A stretch of 64,000 nt of DNA from Candidatus Rokuibacteriota bacterium. Lineage in GTDB: Bacteria > Methylomirabilota > Methylomirabilia > Rokubacteriales > CSP1-6. The notes beneath the pieces were generated by a model. The model was not told the DNA's origin and made no database searches. It was given only the letters and a program-made list of their open reading frames with translations. Position numbers and translations under genes: made by a program. This document shows positions 44,204 through 52,857 of the stretch, one piece after another. How positions within the stretch are numbered: the first letter of the stretch is position 1; every line of letters begins with the position of its first letter. The DNA is taken from positions 2,913 to 66,912 of the forward strand of contig JAUSJX010000081.1 of the NCBI GenBank assembly GCA_030647435.1, written 5' to 3'.

Positions 44204-47032
44204 TCACGGCTCGAGGCGGTAGGTCGAGGCATCGGGCCTGAAGGCCCGCGGCAGCCAGAGGGGGCGCCTGAGCCCGCCGGGTCCCGGCGCCGGCCGCGCC
44301 ATGGCGAGCCACTCGCGGTAGACCTGATGCGCCCGGTTGGTGTCCACGACGACGTCGCCGTAGCGGTCCTCGGGCCCCGGGCGGACGACGCGCACCTTCT
44401 GGTGCCAGCAGTGCTGGCCGCTGACGGGGTCCGGATGCACCGGGAACGTCAGGTTCTGGTGGACGCCCGGGTCCTCCCACCAGACGCGCGACGAGTCGGG
44501 GTCAGCGCTCTCGAACGGCCTCACGCCGTGGATGTGGCGGAGCCGCCACTGCCCTTCGCCCAGCCGCTGCATGTCCACGAGGGCCGTGGACCAGCGCTCG
44601 CCGCCCGCGTCCTCCTGGAGCCGCCAGCGGCCGAGGTGATGCGAGCAGGCGACGACGCCGGGCCGGATCGACTCGGTCACCCAGACCTTGTCCACGAAGT
44701 GGCCGATCTCCGTCTCCACCTTCAGGAGATCTCCCGTGCGGACGCCGAGCCGCGATGCGTCCCCGGGACTGAGCCACAGCGGGTTGGTATGCGAGATCTC
44801 GTAGAGCCACTTGGCATTGCCCGAGCGCGAGTGGATCAGGGTCGGGAGCCTGAAGGTCGGCAGGAGCAGCATCTCACCGCGGGCCGGGTCGATCTGGGAC
44901 CAGTGCACGTGGCCTTTCGCGTAGGTCGGCACCGCGTGCTCCGGCCACTTCCAGTCCTTGAGCGTCTTCGAATAGAACTCGAGCTTTCGCGAGGGCGTGG
45001 GGAACCCCGCGCGGAGCTGCCCGTCGACTTCGACACCCACGGCGCTCCCGCCCTTGACCGCCACGCGCGTGACGGGGTCCACCGCGGCCCCTAGGCACTC
45101 CGCGGGGGAGAGCGGGGTCTCGTGGGTGCGGTAGACGTGATCTTCGATGAGGAACGCGCCGTACTTGCGCATGTACTCGAGCGGAGTCAGGCCCTGCCGC
45201 GCCGCGGCCTCAGGCAGCCCGGGGACGCTGTGCTCGAAGATCCACCGGTAGAGCTCCTCGATCCTGAGCTTCTCGCCCGCGCGGTACGGGGACTCGAAGA
45301 ACTTCCTGATGCCGAGCGTCCCGTCGGGATCGATGCGCCACGACAGCTCGATCAAGAACTCGTCCTCCTCCCACACCTGCCCCAGCCCCACGGCCTCGTG
45401 GGCCTGCCAGGTCAGGTCGAACTTCTTGCCCTGCCGCTCGAGGGCCACGCGCAGGACGGGCTGGCGGAAGCCGATCCAGCGCGCCGCGTGGGTCTCCTGG
45501 CTCATGAGGTCGTGGCGCTCCGAGGCGTGCCCCATCGGCAGCACGTAGTCGGCGAACCACGCGGTCTCGCTCCAGATGGGCGTAAGACAGGCGTGCCGCT
45601 CGACCTTGGCCTCGTCCGTCAGCATCTCGATCCACGACATGCCGTCGGGGTTGGTCCAGACGGGGTTGTAGACACGCGTGAAGTACATGGCGAGCTTGCC
45701 GCGGCCTTCGCGGAGGAAGTGCGGCAGGAGGAAGCTCATCTCGAAGAAGGCCAGCGGGTACTCGCGCGGCATCAGGAGCTCGCTCCACACTTTCGCGGGG
45801 GGCGGCATCATCGGCGGCGCCGGCACGGCCTTGTTCCAGGCGCTGGGCGCGGTGCCGCCGGGAACCGCGACGGCGCCCATCAGCACCACCACCAGCTCCA
45901 GGGCGCGCGCGACTTCCCAGCCATGGAGGTTGCCCGCCGCGGCGTTCCGCCACACGTGACTCGAGAGCGCGCCGCCCGAGCGGCCGATCTCCCGCGCCAC
46001 TTCCTCGATGCGCGCCGCGGGGACACCGCTCTCGGCCTCTGCGAACTCCGGCGTGTACGTCGCGTAGATCTCGCCCAGCGCCCGCTCGAATTCTTCGAAG
46101 GCGACCGGCACGCCCGGCCGCTCGTGGCGCAGGTACTCCTCCCAGTTGACCCAGCGGCGGACGAACTCGCGGTCCCAGGTGCCGTCACGCAGCAGGACGT
46201 GGACGAAGGCCAGGAGCATCGCGGCCTCGGTCCCCGGCCAGGGCGACAGCCAGTAGTCCGCCATCGATGCGGTGTTGGACAGACGCGTGTCCACCACGCA
46301 AACCTTGGCGCCCGCCATCTTGCCCTCGATGATCCGCTGGGCGTGCGGATTGAAGTAGTGCCCCGCCTCGAGGTGGGAGGACAGGAGGAGGATGAAGCGC
46401 GCGCGGCTGTGATCGGGCGAGGGCCGGTCGAACCCGTGCCAGAAAGCGTAGCCGGCACGCGCCCCCGCCGAGCAGACGTTGGTGTGGCTGTTGTGCCCGT
46501 CGATGCCCCAGGCGTGGAAGACGCGCTGGAGGTAGACGAGCTCGTGCCCCGGGCGGCCCAGGTGATACATGATCTCCTTCTGCCTGCCCTCGACGAGCGC
46601 CTTGCGGATCCGACCGGCAATGTCGTCCAGCACCTCGTCCCAGCTGACGCGCTCCCACTTGCCTTCCCCGCGCTTCCCGGCGCGCTTCAGCGGGTAGAGG
46701 ATGCGCTCCGGATCCTGCACCTGGTTGAGCGTGGCCGGGCCCTTGGCGCAGTTGCGGCCGCGGCTGCCCGGGTGCTCGGGGTTGCCCTCGAACTTCTGGA
46801 TCTTGAGCGTCTGCTTGTCCACGTAGGCGAGGAGCCCGCAGCCCGCCTCGCAGTTGAAGCAGATGGTGGGGATGAGCGAGTAGCGCCGCGGCACGCGCTT
46901 CGGCCACGCTTTCGAGTCGTACTCCTCCCAGTCGTCCCACCGATCGACGGGCGGAAAGGGGCTGAGCCCGGGCGCCGGCGGGTCGAGGTCGCGGGCGTGC
47001 GGGTGAAGCGGGTCGGCTGACTTGTCGGTCAT
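44204..47032 (-). CDS. Molybdopterin (bis-MGD) oxidoreductase catalytic subunit, DMSO-reductase/complex iron-sulfur molybdoenzyme (CISM) family, cytoplasm-facing (SoeA-like)
   Basis: 942 aa with the N-terminal 4Fe-4S motif C-x2-C-x3-C...C (CFNCEAGCG...NCAKG) and a likely Mo-ligand region HTNVCSAGAR. No twin-arginine signal. AGGA Shine-Dalgarno before the ATG. No in-frame TGA. Confidence 0.75.
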   Translation of the reverse strand: MTDKSADPLHPHARDLDPPAPGLSPFPPVDRWDDWEEYDSKAWPKRVPRRYSLIPTICFNCEAGCGLLAYVDKQTLKIQKFEGNPEHPGSRGRNCAKGPATLNQVQDPERILYPLKRAGKRGEGKWERVSWDEVLDDIAGRIRKALVEGRQKEIMYHLGRPGHELVYLQRVFHAWGIDGHNSHTNVCSAGARAGYAFWHGFDRPSPDHSRARFILLLSSHLEAGHYFNPHAQRIIEGKMAGAKVCVVDTRLSNTASMADYWLSPWPGTEAAMLLAFVHVLLRDGTWDREFVRRWVNWEEYLRHERPGVPVAFEEFERALGEIYATYTPEFAEAESGVPAARIEEVAREIGRSGGALSSHVWRNAAAGNLHGWEVARALELVVVLMGAVAVPGGTAPSAWNKAVPAPPMMPPPAKVWSELLMPREYPLAFFEMSFLLPHFLREGRGKLAMYFTRVYNPVWTNPDGMSWIEMLTDEAKVERHACLTPIWSETAWFADYVLPMGHASERHDLMSQETHAARWIGFRQPVLRVALERQGKKFDLTWQAHEAVGLGQVWEEDEFLIELSWRIDPDGTLGIRKFFESPYRAGEKLRIEELYRWIFEHSVPGLPEAAARQGLTPLEYMRKYGAFLIEDHVYRTHETPLSPAECLGAAVDPVTRVAVKGGSAVGVEVDGQLRAGFPTPSRKLEFYSKTLKDWKWPEHAVPTYAKGHVHWSQIDPARGEMLLLPTFRLPTLIHSRSGNAKWLYEISHTNPLWLSPGDASRLGVRTGDLLKVETEIGHFVDKVWVTESIRPGVVACSHHLGRWRLQEDAGGERWSTALVDMQRLGEGQWRLRHIHGVRPFESADPDSSRVWWEDPGVHQNLTFPVHPDPVSGQHCWHQKVRVVRPGPEDRYGDVVVDTNRAHQVYREWLAMARPAPGPGGLRRPLWLPRAFRPDASTYRLEP

Positions 47033-47075
47033 TGAGTCCTCAAGAGAGTGGGGATCCTCACGAGAGTGGGCGTCC

Positions 47076-48623
47076 TCACGAAAGGGGCAGCGCTTGGCCG
47101 GCGCGCACCCAGATGTCTTCCCAGAGCCAGAGGCCGAAAAGACCGAGCACGGTCGCCGCGACGGCCGCCCATGGCTGCGGCGAGAGCACGAGCAGGACGA
47201 GCGGCACGGCGGTGCCGCCCACCACGATGCCCCACCAGAAGCGGACGCGGTACGGGCCCCGCGTGATCAGCCGCGCGGCGCGGGCGGCATCCTGGGTGGC
47301 ATGCGCCGTGAAGGCCTCGGCGAAGAGCACGACGCCGTTCAGGGCGAGCGAGAACCAGAGCGCCATGCGGAGCCCCTCGGCCACGCGCGGATCGTGGCTG
47401 ATGGCGAGCGCGGCGAGCAGGAGGCCCGCGCAGCCGGCCGTGACAGCGGCCACGAGGAGATGGGGCAGCACGAGCGGGCTCTGCCAGAAGTCGCGCCCCT
47501 CGGCCTGGCCGAAGAGGAAGGCGCTGTAGCCGGCCGACGCCGTGGCCACGAGCAGCACGGGCCAGCCCAGGGCGAAGAACGCCATGTAGCTCTGCGTCCA
47601 GCCCGCGACGAGCCAAGCGACGCCCAGGAGACCGTGCGCCGTCAAAATCCACCCGCCCCAGACCAGCCAGGAGCGCCAGTTCGGCTTCAAGAGGAGATAG
47701 AGGAATCGCTCCGGGCGCTTGAGGTCGAGGACGAGAAGCGCGGTCGTCAGCGCGAGGAAGACGAGGCTGATGAGCGGCGCCGCGAGACCCGCCACGGGTC
47801 CCGCAAAGGACAGCCCGGCGATCGCGGTGATCGCCGCGACGAGAAGCGCACCCGCCGCGACCGACTTGGTCCAGAGATACGTCGAGACCTTCCACCCCCA
47901 GGGCCGCTCCGGATGCGCCACGTCGTACACTGTCCGCGCCATGCCGAGCAGGTCCACGCCTTCACCGGCGACGGCTGCAGCCCGGCCGGCGACGTTGGGC
48001 CCGCCCGGCACCGGGATGCGGCTCGCCTCGGCGAACATATAGCGGTCACCGGCCTCCTGCATGGCCGGCCTCAGCGCGGCTTCGTCGGCGCCGATATAGA
48101 AGAGCTTGGGCTGCGTCCCCTGCTCCGGCTTGCGCACCGCCACCTGCTGCGTGGCGACCAGACGCGCGATCCCCGAGTTGGGGTCGTCCAGGTCGCCCGG
48201 GACGATGGCCTGCACCGGGCACACGATGACGCACGCCGGCTCGAGCCCGACCTCGACCCGGTGCGCGCAGTAGTGGCACTTGGCCGCCGTCTGCGTCTCC
48301 GGGTCGATGTAGAGCGCGTCGTACGGGCAGGCCTGCATGCACGACTTGCAGCCGATGCAGCGGTCACCGTCGAAGTCCACGATGCCGTCGGGGCGCCGGT
48401 AGAGCGCGACGGTCGGGCAGATCGTCACGCACGGGGCGTTGTCGCAGTGGTTGCACCGCATGACGGAGAAGTAGCGCCGCGTGTCGGGGAACGTGCCCTT
48501 CTCGATGTACTTGACCCAGGTGCGGTTGACGCCGAGGGGCACCTGGTTCTCTTCCTTGCACGCCACCGTGCAGGCGTGACACCCGATACATTTCCGCTGG
48601 TCGATCACGAAGCCGTAGCGCAA
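47076..48623 (-). CDS. Fused 4x[4Fe-4S] ferredoxin subunit and NrfD/PsrC-like membrane anchor (CISM B-C fusion)
   Basis: N-terminal ~200 aa has four Cys clusters (CIGCHACTVAC, CNHCDNAPC, CIGCKSCMQAC, CHYCAHR...CVIVCP). The C-terminal ~300 aa is polytopic and NrfD-like. Confidence 0.75.
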   Translation of the reverse strand: MRYGFVIDQRKCIGCHACTVACKEENQVPLGVNRTWVKYIEKGTFPDTRRYFSVMRCNHCDNAPCVTICPTVALYRRPDGIVDFDGDRCIGCKSCMQACPYDALYIDPETQTAAKCHYCAHRVEVGLEPACVIVCPVQAIVPGDLDDPNSGIARLVATQQVAVRKPEQGTQPKLFYIGADEAALRPAMQEAGDRYMFAEASRIPVPGGPNVAGRAAAVAGEGVDLLGMARTVYDVAHPERPWGWKVSTYLWTKSVAAGALLVAAITAIAGLSFAGPVAGLAAPLISLVFLALTTALLVLDLKRPERFLYLLLKPNWRSWLVWGGWILTAHGLLGVAWLVAGWTQSYMAFFALGWPVLLVATASAGYSAFLFGQAEGRDFWQSPLVLPHLLVAAVTAGCAGLLLAALAISHDPRVAEGLRMALWFSLALNGVVLFAEAFTAHATQDAARAARLITRGPYRVRFWWGIVVGGTAVPLVLLVLSPQPWAAVAATVLGLFGLWLWEDIWVRAGQALPLS

Positions 48624-48641
48624 GCGAGTCTCCCGTGAACC

Positions 48642-49424
48642 CTAGTGCAGAACGTCGATCCAGACGCGCAGGGCCGCCAGCGCGATGACGGCGCCGAGTA
48701 TTACACGCAGGACGCCCACGGGAGCGCGCCTGCTGAGATGCGCGCCGAGGCTCGCGCCCGGCAATGAGCCCGCCACGACGGCGACGGCCGCGATGAAAGG
48801 GACCTGGCCCGTCGCGAGCTTGCCCACGAACCCCAAGCACGCGCCGGCGCCGACCATCACGAGCGAGGTGCCGATGCTGAGCCGCACCGGGAGCCGCATG
48901 ACGCCCACGAGCGCGGGCATCAGGAGAAACGCCCCGCCGGCGCCGACCAAGCCCGAGAAGACGCCGACCACTCCCGGGATCGCGACGGCCTCGGCCCGGT
49001 TGAACAGCATGGTCTCCGCGCGCGCGCCCGGCGCGGCGACGATAGGCGGGATGAACATGAGCAGCAGCGCCGCTGTGGCCATCAGGGCGAAGACGAGGAG
49101 CAGCACGCGCCCCCCGACGTAGTGTGCTCCAACCGCTCCCGCCAGCGAGCCCGCGGCCATGGCCGACCCGCCCCAGAGGGCCAGGCGGCGGTGCACCATG
49201 GCGCCGCGGCCGTGGGTCCATGCGCCCATCACGGAGGCCGCCAGCACCTGCGCCATGGTCACGCCCGCCACCAGCTTGATGTCGAGGCTGCCCACGGCGA
49301 GGAGCGGCGGGACATAGAAGAGGAGCGGGATCATCACGATGGCCCCGCCCACGCCGACCAGTCCCGACGCGAACGCGCCCACGAAGCCCAGCGCGGCCAG
49401 CGTCAGGATGAAGACCGCGCTCAT
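48642..49424 (-). CDS. TauE/SafE-family sulfite exporter (DUF81)
   Basis: 8-TM protein with duplicated TauE halves containing G-rich motifs (GLVGVGGAIVMIPLL and GLVGAGGAFLLMPAL). Start chosen at M47 of the track ORF. Confidence 0.6.
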   Translation of the reverse strand: MSAVFILTLAALGFVGAFASGLVGVGGAIVMIPLLFYVPPLLAVGSLDIKLVAGVTMAQVLAASVMGAWTHGRGAMVHRRLALWGGSAMAAGSLAGAVGAHYVGGRVLLLVFALMATAALLLMFIPPIVAAPGARAETMLFNRAEAVAIPGVVGVFSGLVGAGGAFLLMPALVGVMRLPVRLSIGTSLVMVGAGACLGFVGKLATGQVPFIAAVAVVAGSLPGASLGAHLSRRAPVGVLRVILGAVIALAALRVWIDVLH

Positions 49425-49626
49425 GCGGAAGCGCCAGGGTCCGGTTGCGACATGGGCAGCATGATACCTCGACCGCCCCCCGCGCCGATGGCCCGCGTCG
49501 ATGACGGTCCCGCAGGCCCCGAGTGCGAAGCCTACAGGCAGCAGCCAGAGGGGTTCGGGCATGAGTCGCCGAAAGCTCGGCGGCCCATTCTGCCACGGCG
49601 TCCCCGGGCGGGCGCCGGATTCCGGG

Positions 49627-50235
49627 CTAGCGGAGGCTCGAGTAGTACGCGGCCAGATCGGCGAACTGGCCGTCCGGGATGATCTTCATCAGCGCCTTCT
49701 TGGCCGCGAGCAGCGGTTCGCCCGGGTCCCGCGTGTCCACCTTGAAGAGCACCATCTGCTGCGCGAGGTAGCCGGGCGGCTGTCCGGCGAGTCCCGGGAT
49801 CAGCCGCGCGGGATCACCCTTGCCGTCCGGCCCGTGGCAGATCACGCACTGGGCCGCAACCGTCTTGCCTCTCGCGGCGGCTTCGGCCGAAGAGCGAATG
49901 GGCGTGGGCACGCGCTTCTGCGCGGCGAAGTACGCCGCGATCTGGTTCAGCCCGAGGAACTGGATCTCCTTGGCGTAGGGCTCCATCTCGGGCGACGGGC
50001 GCTTGCCGGCGGCGTAGTTCTCGATCTGCCGCTTGAAGTAGGCCGGGTCGAGCCCGGAGATGATCGGCATCATGTTGGAGCCGCTGTTGCCGTTGGCACC
50101 GTGGCAGGCCGCGCACGTGATGACCTTCGCGAAGCCCGGGTCGTCGAGCGGGCCGGCGGCGCAGGCCGCGCCGGGCCCGGCCGCGAGTACGAAAACTGCC
50201 GCCGCGAGGGCGGCCGCGAAGCGTGAGGTCGTCAT
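49627..50235 (-). CDS. fccA: Diheme cytochrome c, flavocytochrome c sulfide dehydrogenase cytochrome subunit (FccA-like)
   Basis: Signal peptide and two CxxCH motifs (CAACH, CVICH). Confidence 0.7.
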   Translation of the reverse strand: MTTSRFAAALAAAVFVLAAGPGAACAAGPLDDPGFAKVITCAACHGANGNSGSNMMPIISGLDPAYFKRQIENYAAGKRPSPEMEPYAKEIQFLGLNQIAAYFAAQKRVPTPIRSSAEAAARGKTVAAQCVICHGPDGKGDPARLIPGLAGQPPGYLAQQMVLFKVDTRDPGEPLLAAKKALMKIIPDGQFADLAAYYSSLR

Positions 50236-50250
50236 GATCGCCGTCCCCCT

Positions 50251-51546
50251 CTACGACAGCATGTCGGCCCAGATGCTCTGCCGCCAGCCCTCTGCACGCT
50301 GGGCGACGGAGACGCTCTGGGCGGGCGTGAGCTTCTGCTCGATCTGGACCACCTTGCCGTTCTCGATCTTGTAGGAATTCACCACCGCGATGGCTTCGCG
50401 GTCGCTGACCCAGCTGTAGCAGGTGTTGCCTGGAGGCATGAGCGGCACGGCTTGCCCGTTGAGCAGGCTCACGATGCTGAGCGCCGCCGCCTTGCCCATG
50501 TTGTTGGCGACGTTTCCGGACTTCGGCACGGGCAGTCCGATGGTCGCGTCGCCGACCACGTGGATGTTCTTCTGCTTCACCGACTCGTACGTGACGTGGT
50601 CCACCTCGCACCAGCGCTTGTCGGCGCCGACGAGGTCCGCCTGGACGGCAATCGTGCCCGCGCGCTGGGGCGGGATCAGGTTGAGCACGTCGTACTTGAC
50701 GCGGTCGAACTCGGTGCGGACTTCGCGCGTCGAGGTATCGACGCCGATCACCTTCTGCGAGGCGCGGTAGTCGATGTTCGGGTACGCCTGCCACGCCGCG
50801 CGGAAGAGCGCGGTCTTCGACACGATGTTCTGGTTGGCGTCGAGCACGATCACCTTGCTCTTCGGCTTGTGCTGCTTGAGGTACCACGCGACCTGGCAGA
50901 TGCGCTCGTAGGGGCCCGGCGGGCAGCGGAAGGCGACGGGAGGCACCGTCAGGACGAAGACGCCGCCGTCCGGCATGGACTGGATCTGCGCCGCCAGCTG
51001 CACCGTCTGCGGCCCCGCCTTCCACGCGTGGAGCACCGTGTCCTTGGCGGCCGCGAGCCCCTCGATCTGCTCCCACTGGAAGTCGATGCCGGGCGAGACG
51101 ACGAGACGGTCGTAGGCGAGGTAGCCTTGGCCGATGCGGACCCTCTTGGTGTCGGGCTCGATGGCGGTCGCTGACTCGTGGATGATCTTGACGCCGCGGG
51201 CCCGGAGCCCCGCGTAGGAAAGCGTCAGGCTCTCGATGGTCCGCTGCCCGCTCAACACGAGATTGCTGAACGGGCAGGAGACGAACTCGCGGTTGGGCTC
51301 GAGCAGCACCACTTCGATCGACGGGTCGGCGATCCGGATGTATCTGGCCGCGGTGGACCCGCCCCAGCCGCCGCCGATCACCACCACCCTGCGACCGCTC
51401 TTTGGCGCGATGTCGCCCGTCATGGTACTGGCGCAGCCCGAGAGTCCAAGACCAGCGCCCAAGCCCAACCTGACACCGACACCCACACCCGAGGAGCGGA
51501 GGAAATCTCTGCGCGTCAGCCCGCTCATAGACCCCGCCTCCTTCAT
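50251..51546 (-). CDS. fccB: Flavocytochrome c sulfide dehydrogenase flavoprotein subunit (FccB/SoxF-like)
   Basis: Tat signal SGLTRRDFLRSSG, then the FAD motif VVVIGGGWGGSTAARY. FccB-like C-terminal domain. Confidence 0.8.
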   Translation of the reverse strand: MKEAGSMSGLTRRDFLRSSGVGVGVRLGLGAGLGLSGCASTMTGDIAPKSGRRVVVIGGGWGGSTAARYIRIADPSIEVVLLEPNREFVSCPFSNLVLSGQRTIESLTLSYAGLRARGVKIIHESATAIEPDTKRVRIGQGYLAYDRLVVSPGIDFQWEQIEGLAAAKDTVLHAWKAGPQTVQLAAQIQSMPDGGVFVLTVPPVAFRCPPGPYERICQVAWYLKQHKPKSKVIVLDANQNIVSKTALFRAAWQAYPNIDYRASQKVIGVDTSTREVRTEFDRVKYDVLNLIPPQRAGTIAVQADLVGADKRWCEVDHVTYESVKQKNIHVVGDATIGLPVPKSGNVANNMGKAAALSIVSLLNGQAVPLMPPGNTCYSWVSDREAIAVVNSYKIENGKVVQIEQKLTPAQSVSVAQRAEGWRQSIWADMLS

Positions 51547-51620
51547 TGATTGGCTCGTTTATCGACCGGAATACGGAGAAATGTACTAAGCCATTTGCAT
51601 CATGTCAACAGCGTTTTTGG

Positions 51621-52856
51621 CTAGAGGCCGAGGGCCTTCCTGACACGGGCGAGGACCTGCGCCTCGTCGCCTTCAAGGTGCACCGGAGCCGGCAGCGCCG
51701 GCGGCGAGTTCTTGATCCCCGCGCCCGTGAGCACGATGACGATGCGCGAGCCCGCATCCACCTCGCCGGTCTCCTTCATCTGGCAGAGCGCGGCGAGCGC
51801 GGCGGCGGCTTCGGGCGCCGTCCAGATGCCCTCGACGCGCGCCAGGAGCTTCTGCGCCTCCACGATCTCCTGCTCGCTCACGGCGCGCGCGTGGCCGCCC
51901 GTATCGCGCATGATCTTGAGCATCTGGCGCCCCGCGAAGGGGCCCGGCACGCGAAGGCCGGGCGCGTCGGTGACGGGGTTCTCCCAGAGCGTCGTCGTCT
52001 CGGCCTTGTCGTCCCACGCCTTCACGAGCGGGGCGCACCCTTCGGCCTGGACCGCGACGAAACGGGGCTGAGCGGCCTTGATCCAGCCCATGGCCGCCAG
52101 CTCCTCGTAGGCCTTCCAGATCCCGACCAGACCCGTCCCGCCGCCCGTCGGGTACATGAGGAGATCCGGCATCTGCCAGCCGAGCTGCTCGGCCAACTCG
52201 AGCCCCATCGTCTTCTTGCCCTCGAGGCGATAGGGCTCCTTCAGCGTGGCCAGATCGAACCAGCCGATCTTGGACGCGATGCCGGCGATCAACTTGCCCG
52301 CCGTCGCGATCGAGCCGTCGACCGTGAAGACGTAGGCGCCCGCGATGATCGCCTCCGCGATGGCGGCCTCGGCCGTGCCGCGCGGGACGACCACGACCAC
52401 CGGGATCCCACCGCGCGCCCCGTAGACCGCCGCGGCGCCGCCCGCGTTGCCCGCCGACGGGATCATCAGCCCCTTGACGCCGAGCGTGCGCGCCTTGGTG
52501 AGCGCCATGCCGAGGCCGCGCGCCTTGAACGAGCCCGTCGGGTTCTGGCCTTCGTCTTTCGCCCAAACGTGGCGCAGGCCCAGGTGCGCGCTCAGGCGCG
52601 GGAGCGGGATCAACGGCGTGCCGCCCTCGCCGAGAGTGATCGGTTCCTCGCCGTCGTCGAGCGGCGTCAACTCGCGGAAGCGGTACATCCCGGGCGCGCG
52701 CCGCAGGAGGTCGTCCTTCGTGACAGCGGCGGCGACCTTGGGCAGGTCGTAGCGCACGGCCAGCATCTGGCCGCAGCCTTGGCAGACGGTGAGGAGGCGG
52801 CCGGCCTCGTGGCGCCGGCCGCAGACAGTGCACTCGATGTGGGTGACGAAGGACGG
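51621..52856 (-). CDS. thrC: Threonine synthase with N-terminal Cys4 zinc-ribbon
   Basis: PLP motif TGSFKARG plus ThrC-like N- and C-regions. In-frame upstream of the track ATG (52766) is HIECTVCGRRHEAGRLLTVCQGCGQ. This is a typical ThrC zinc-ribbon, but no ATG/GTG/TTG is present in frame, so the 5' limit is approximate. Confidence 0.75.
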   Translation of the reverse strand, partial: PSFVTHIECTVCGRRHEAGRLLTVCQGCGQMLAVRYDLPKVAAAVTKDDLLRRAPGMYRFRELTPLDDGEEPITLGEGGTPLIPLPRLSAHLGLRHVWAKDEGQNPTGSFKARGLGMALTKARTLGVKGLMIPSAGNAGGAAAVYGARGGIPVVVVVPRGTAEAAIAEAIIAGAYVFTVDGSIATAGKLIAGIASKIGWFDLATLKEPYRLEGKKTMGLELAEQLGWQMPDLLMYPTGGGTGLVGIWKAYEELAAMGWIKAAQPRFVAVQAEGCAPLVKAWDDKAETTTLWENPVTDAPGLRVPGPFAGRQMLKIMRDTGGHARAVSEQEIVEAQKLLARVEGIWTAPEAAAALAALCQMKETGEVDAGSRIVIVLTGAGIKNSPPALPAPVHLEGDEAQVLARVRKALGL

Positions 52857-52857
52857 G

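Noticed and set aside
44204-47032. Possibility that the molybdoenzyme is a Sec-containing formate dehydrogenase
   Set aside because: The ORF is uninterrupted with no in-frame TGA. The Mo-ligand region is HTNVCSAG (Cys). The context is sulfur metabolism. So it is not a selenoprotein FdhA.
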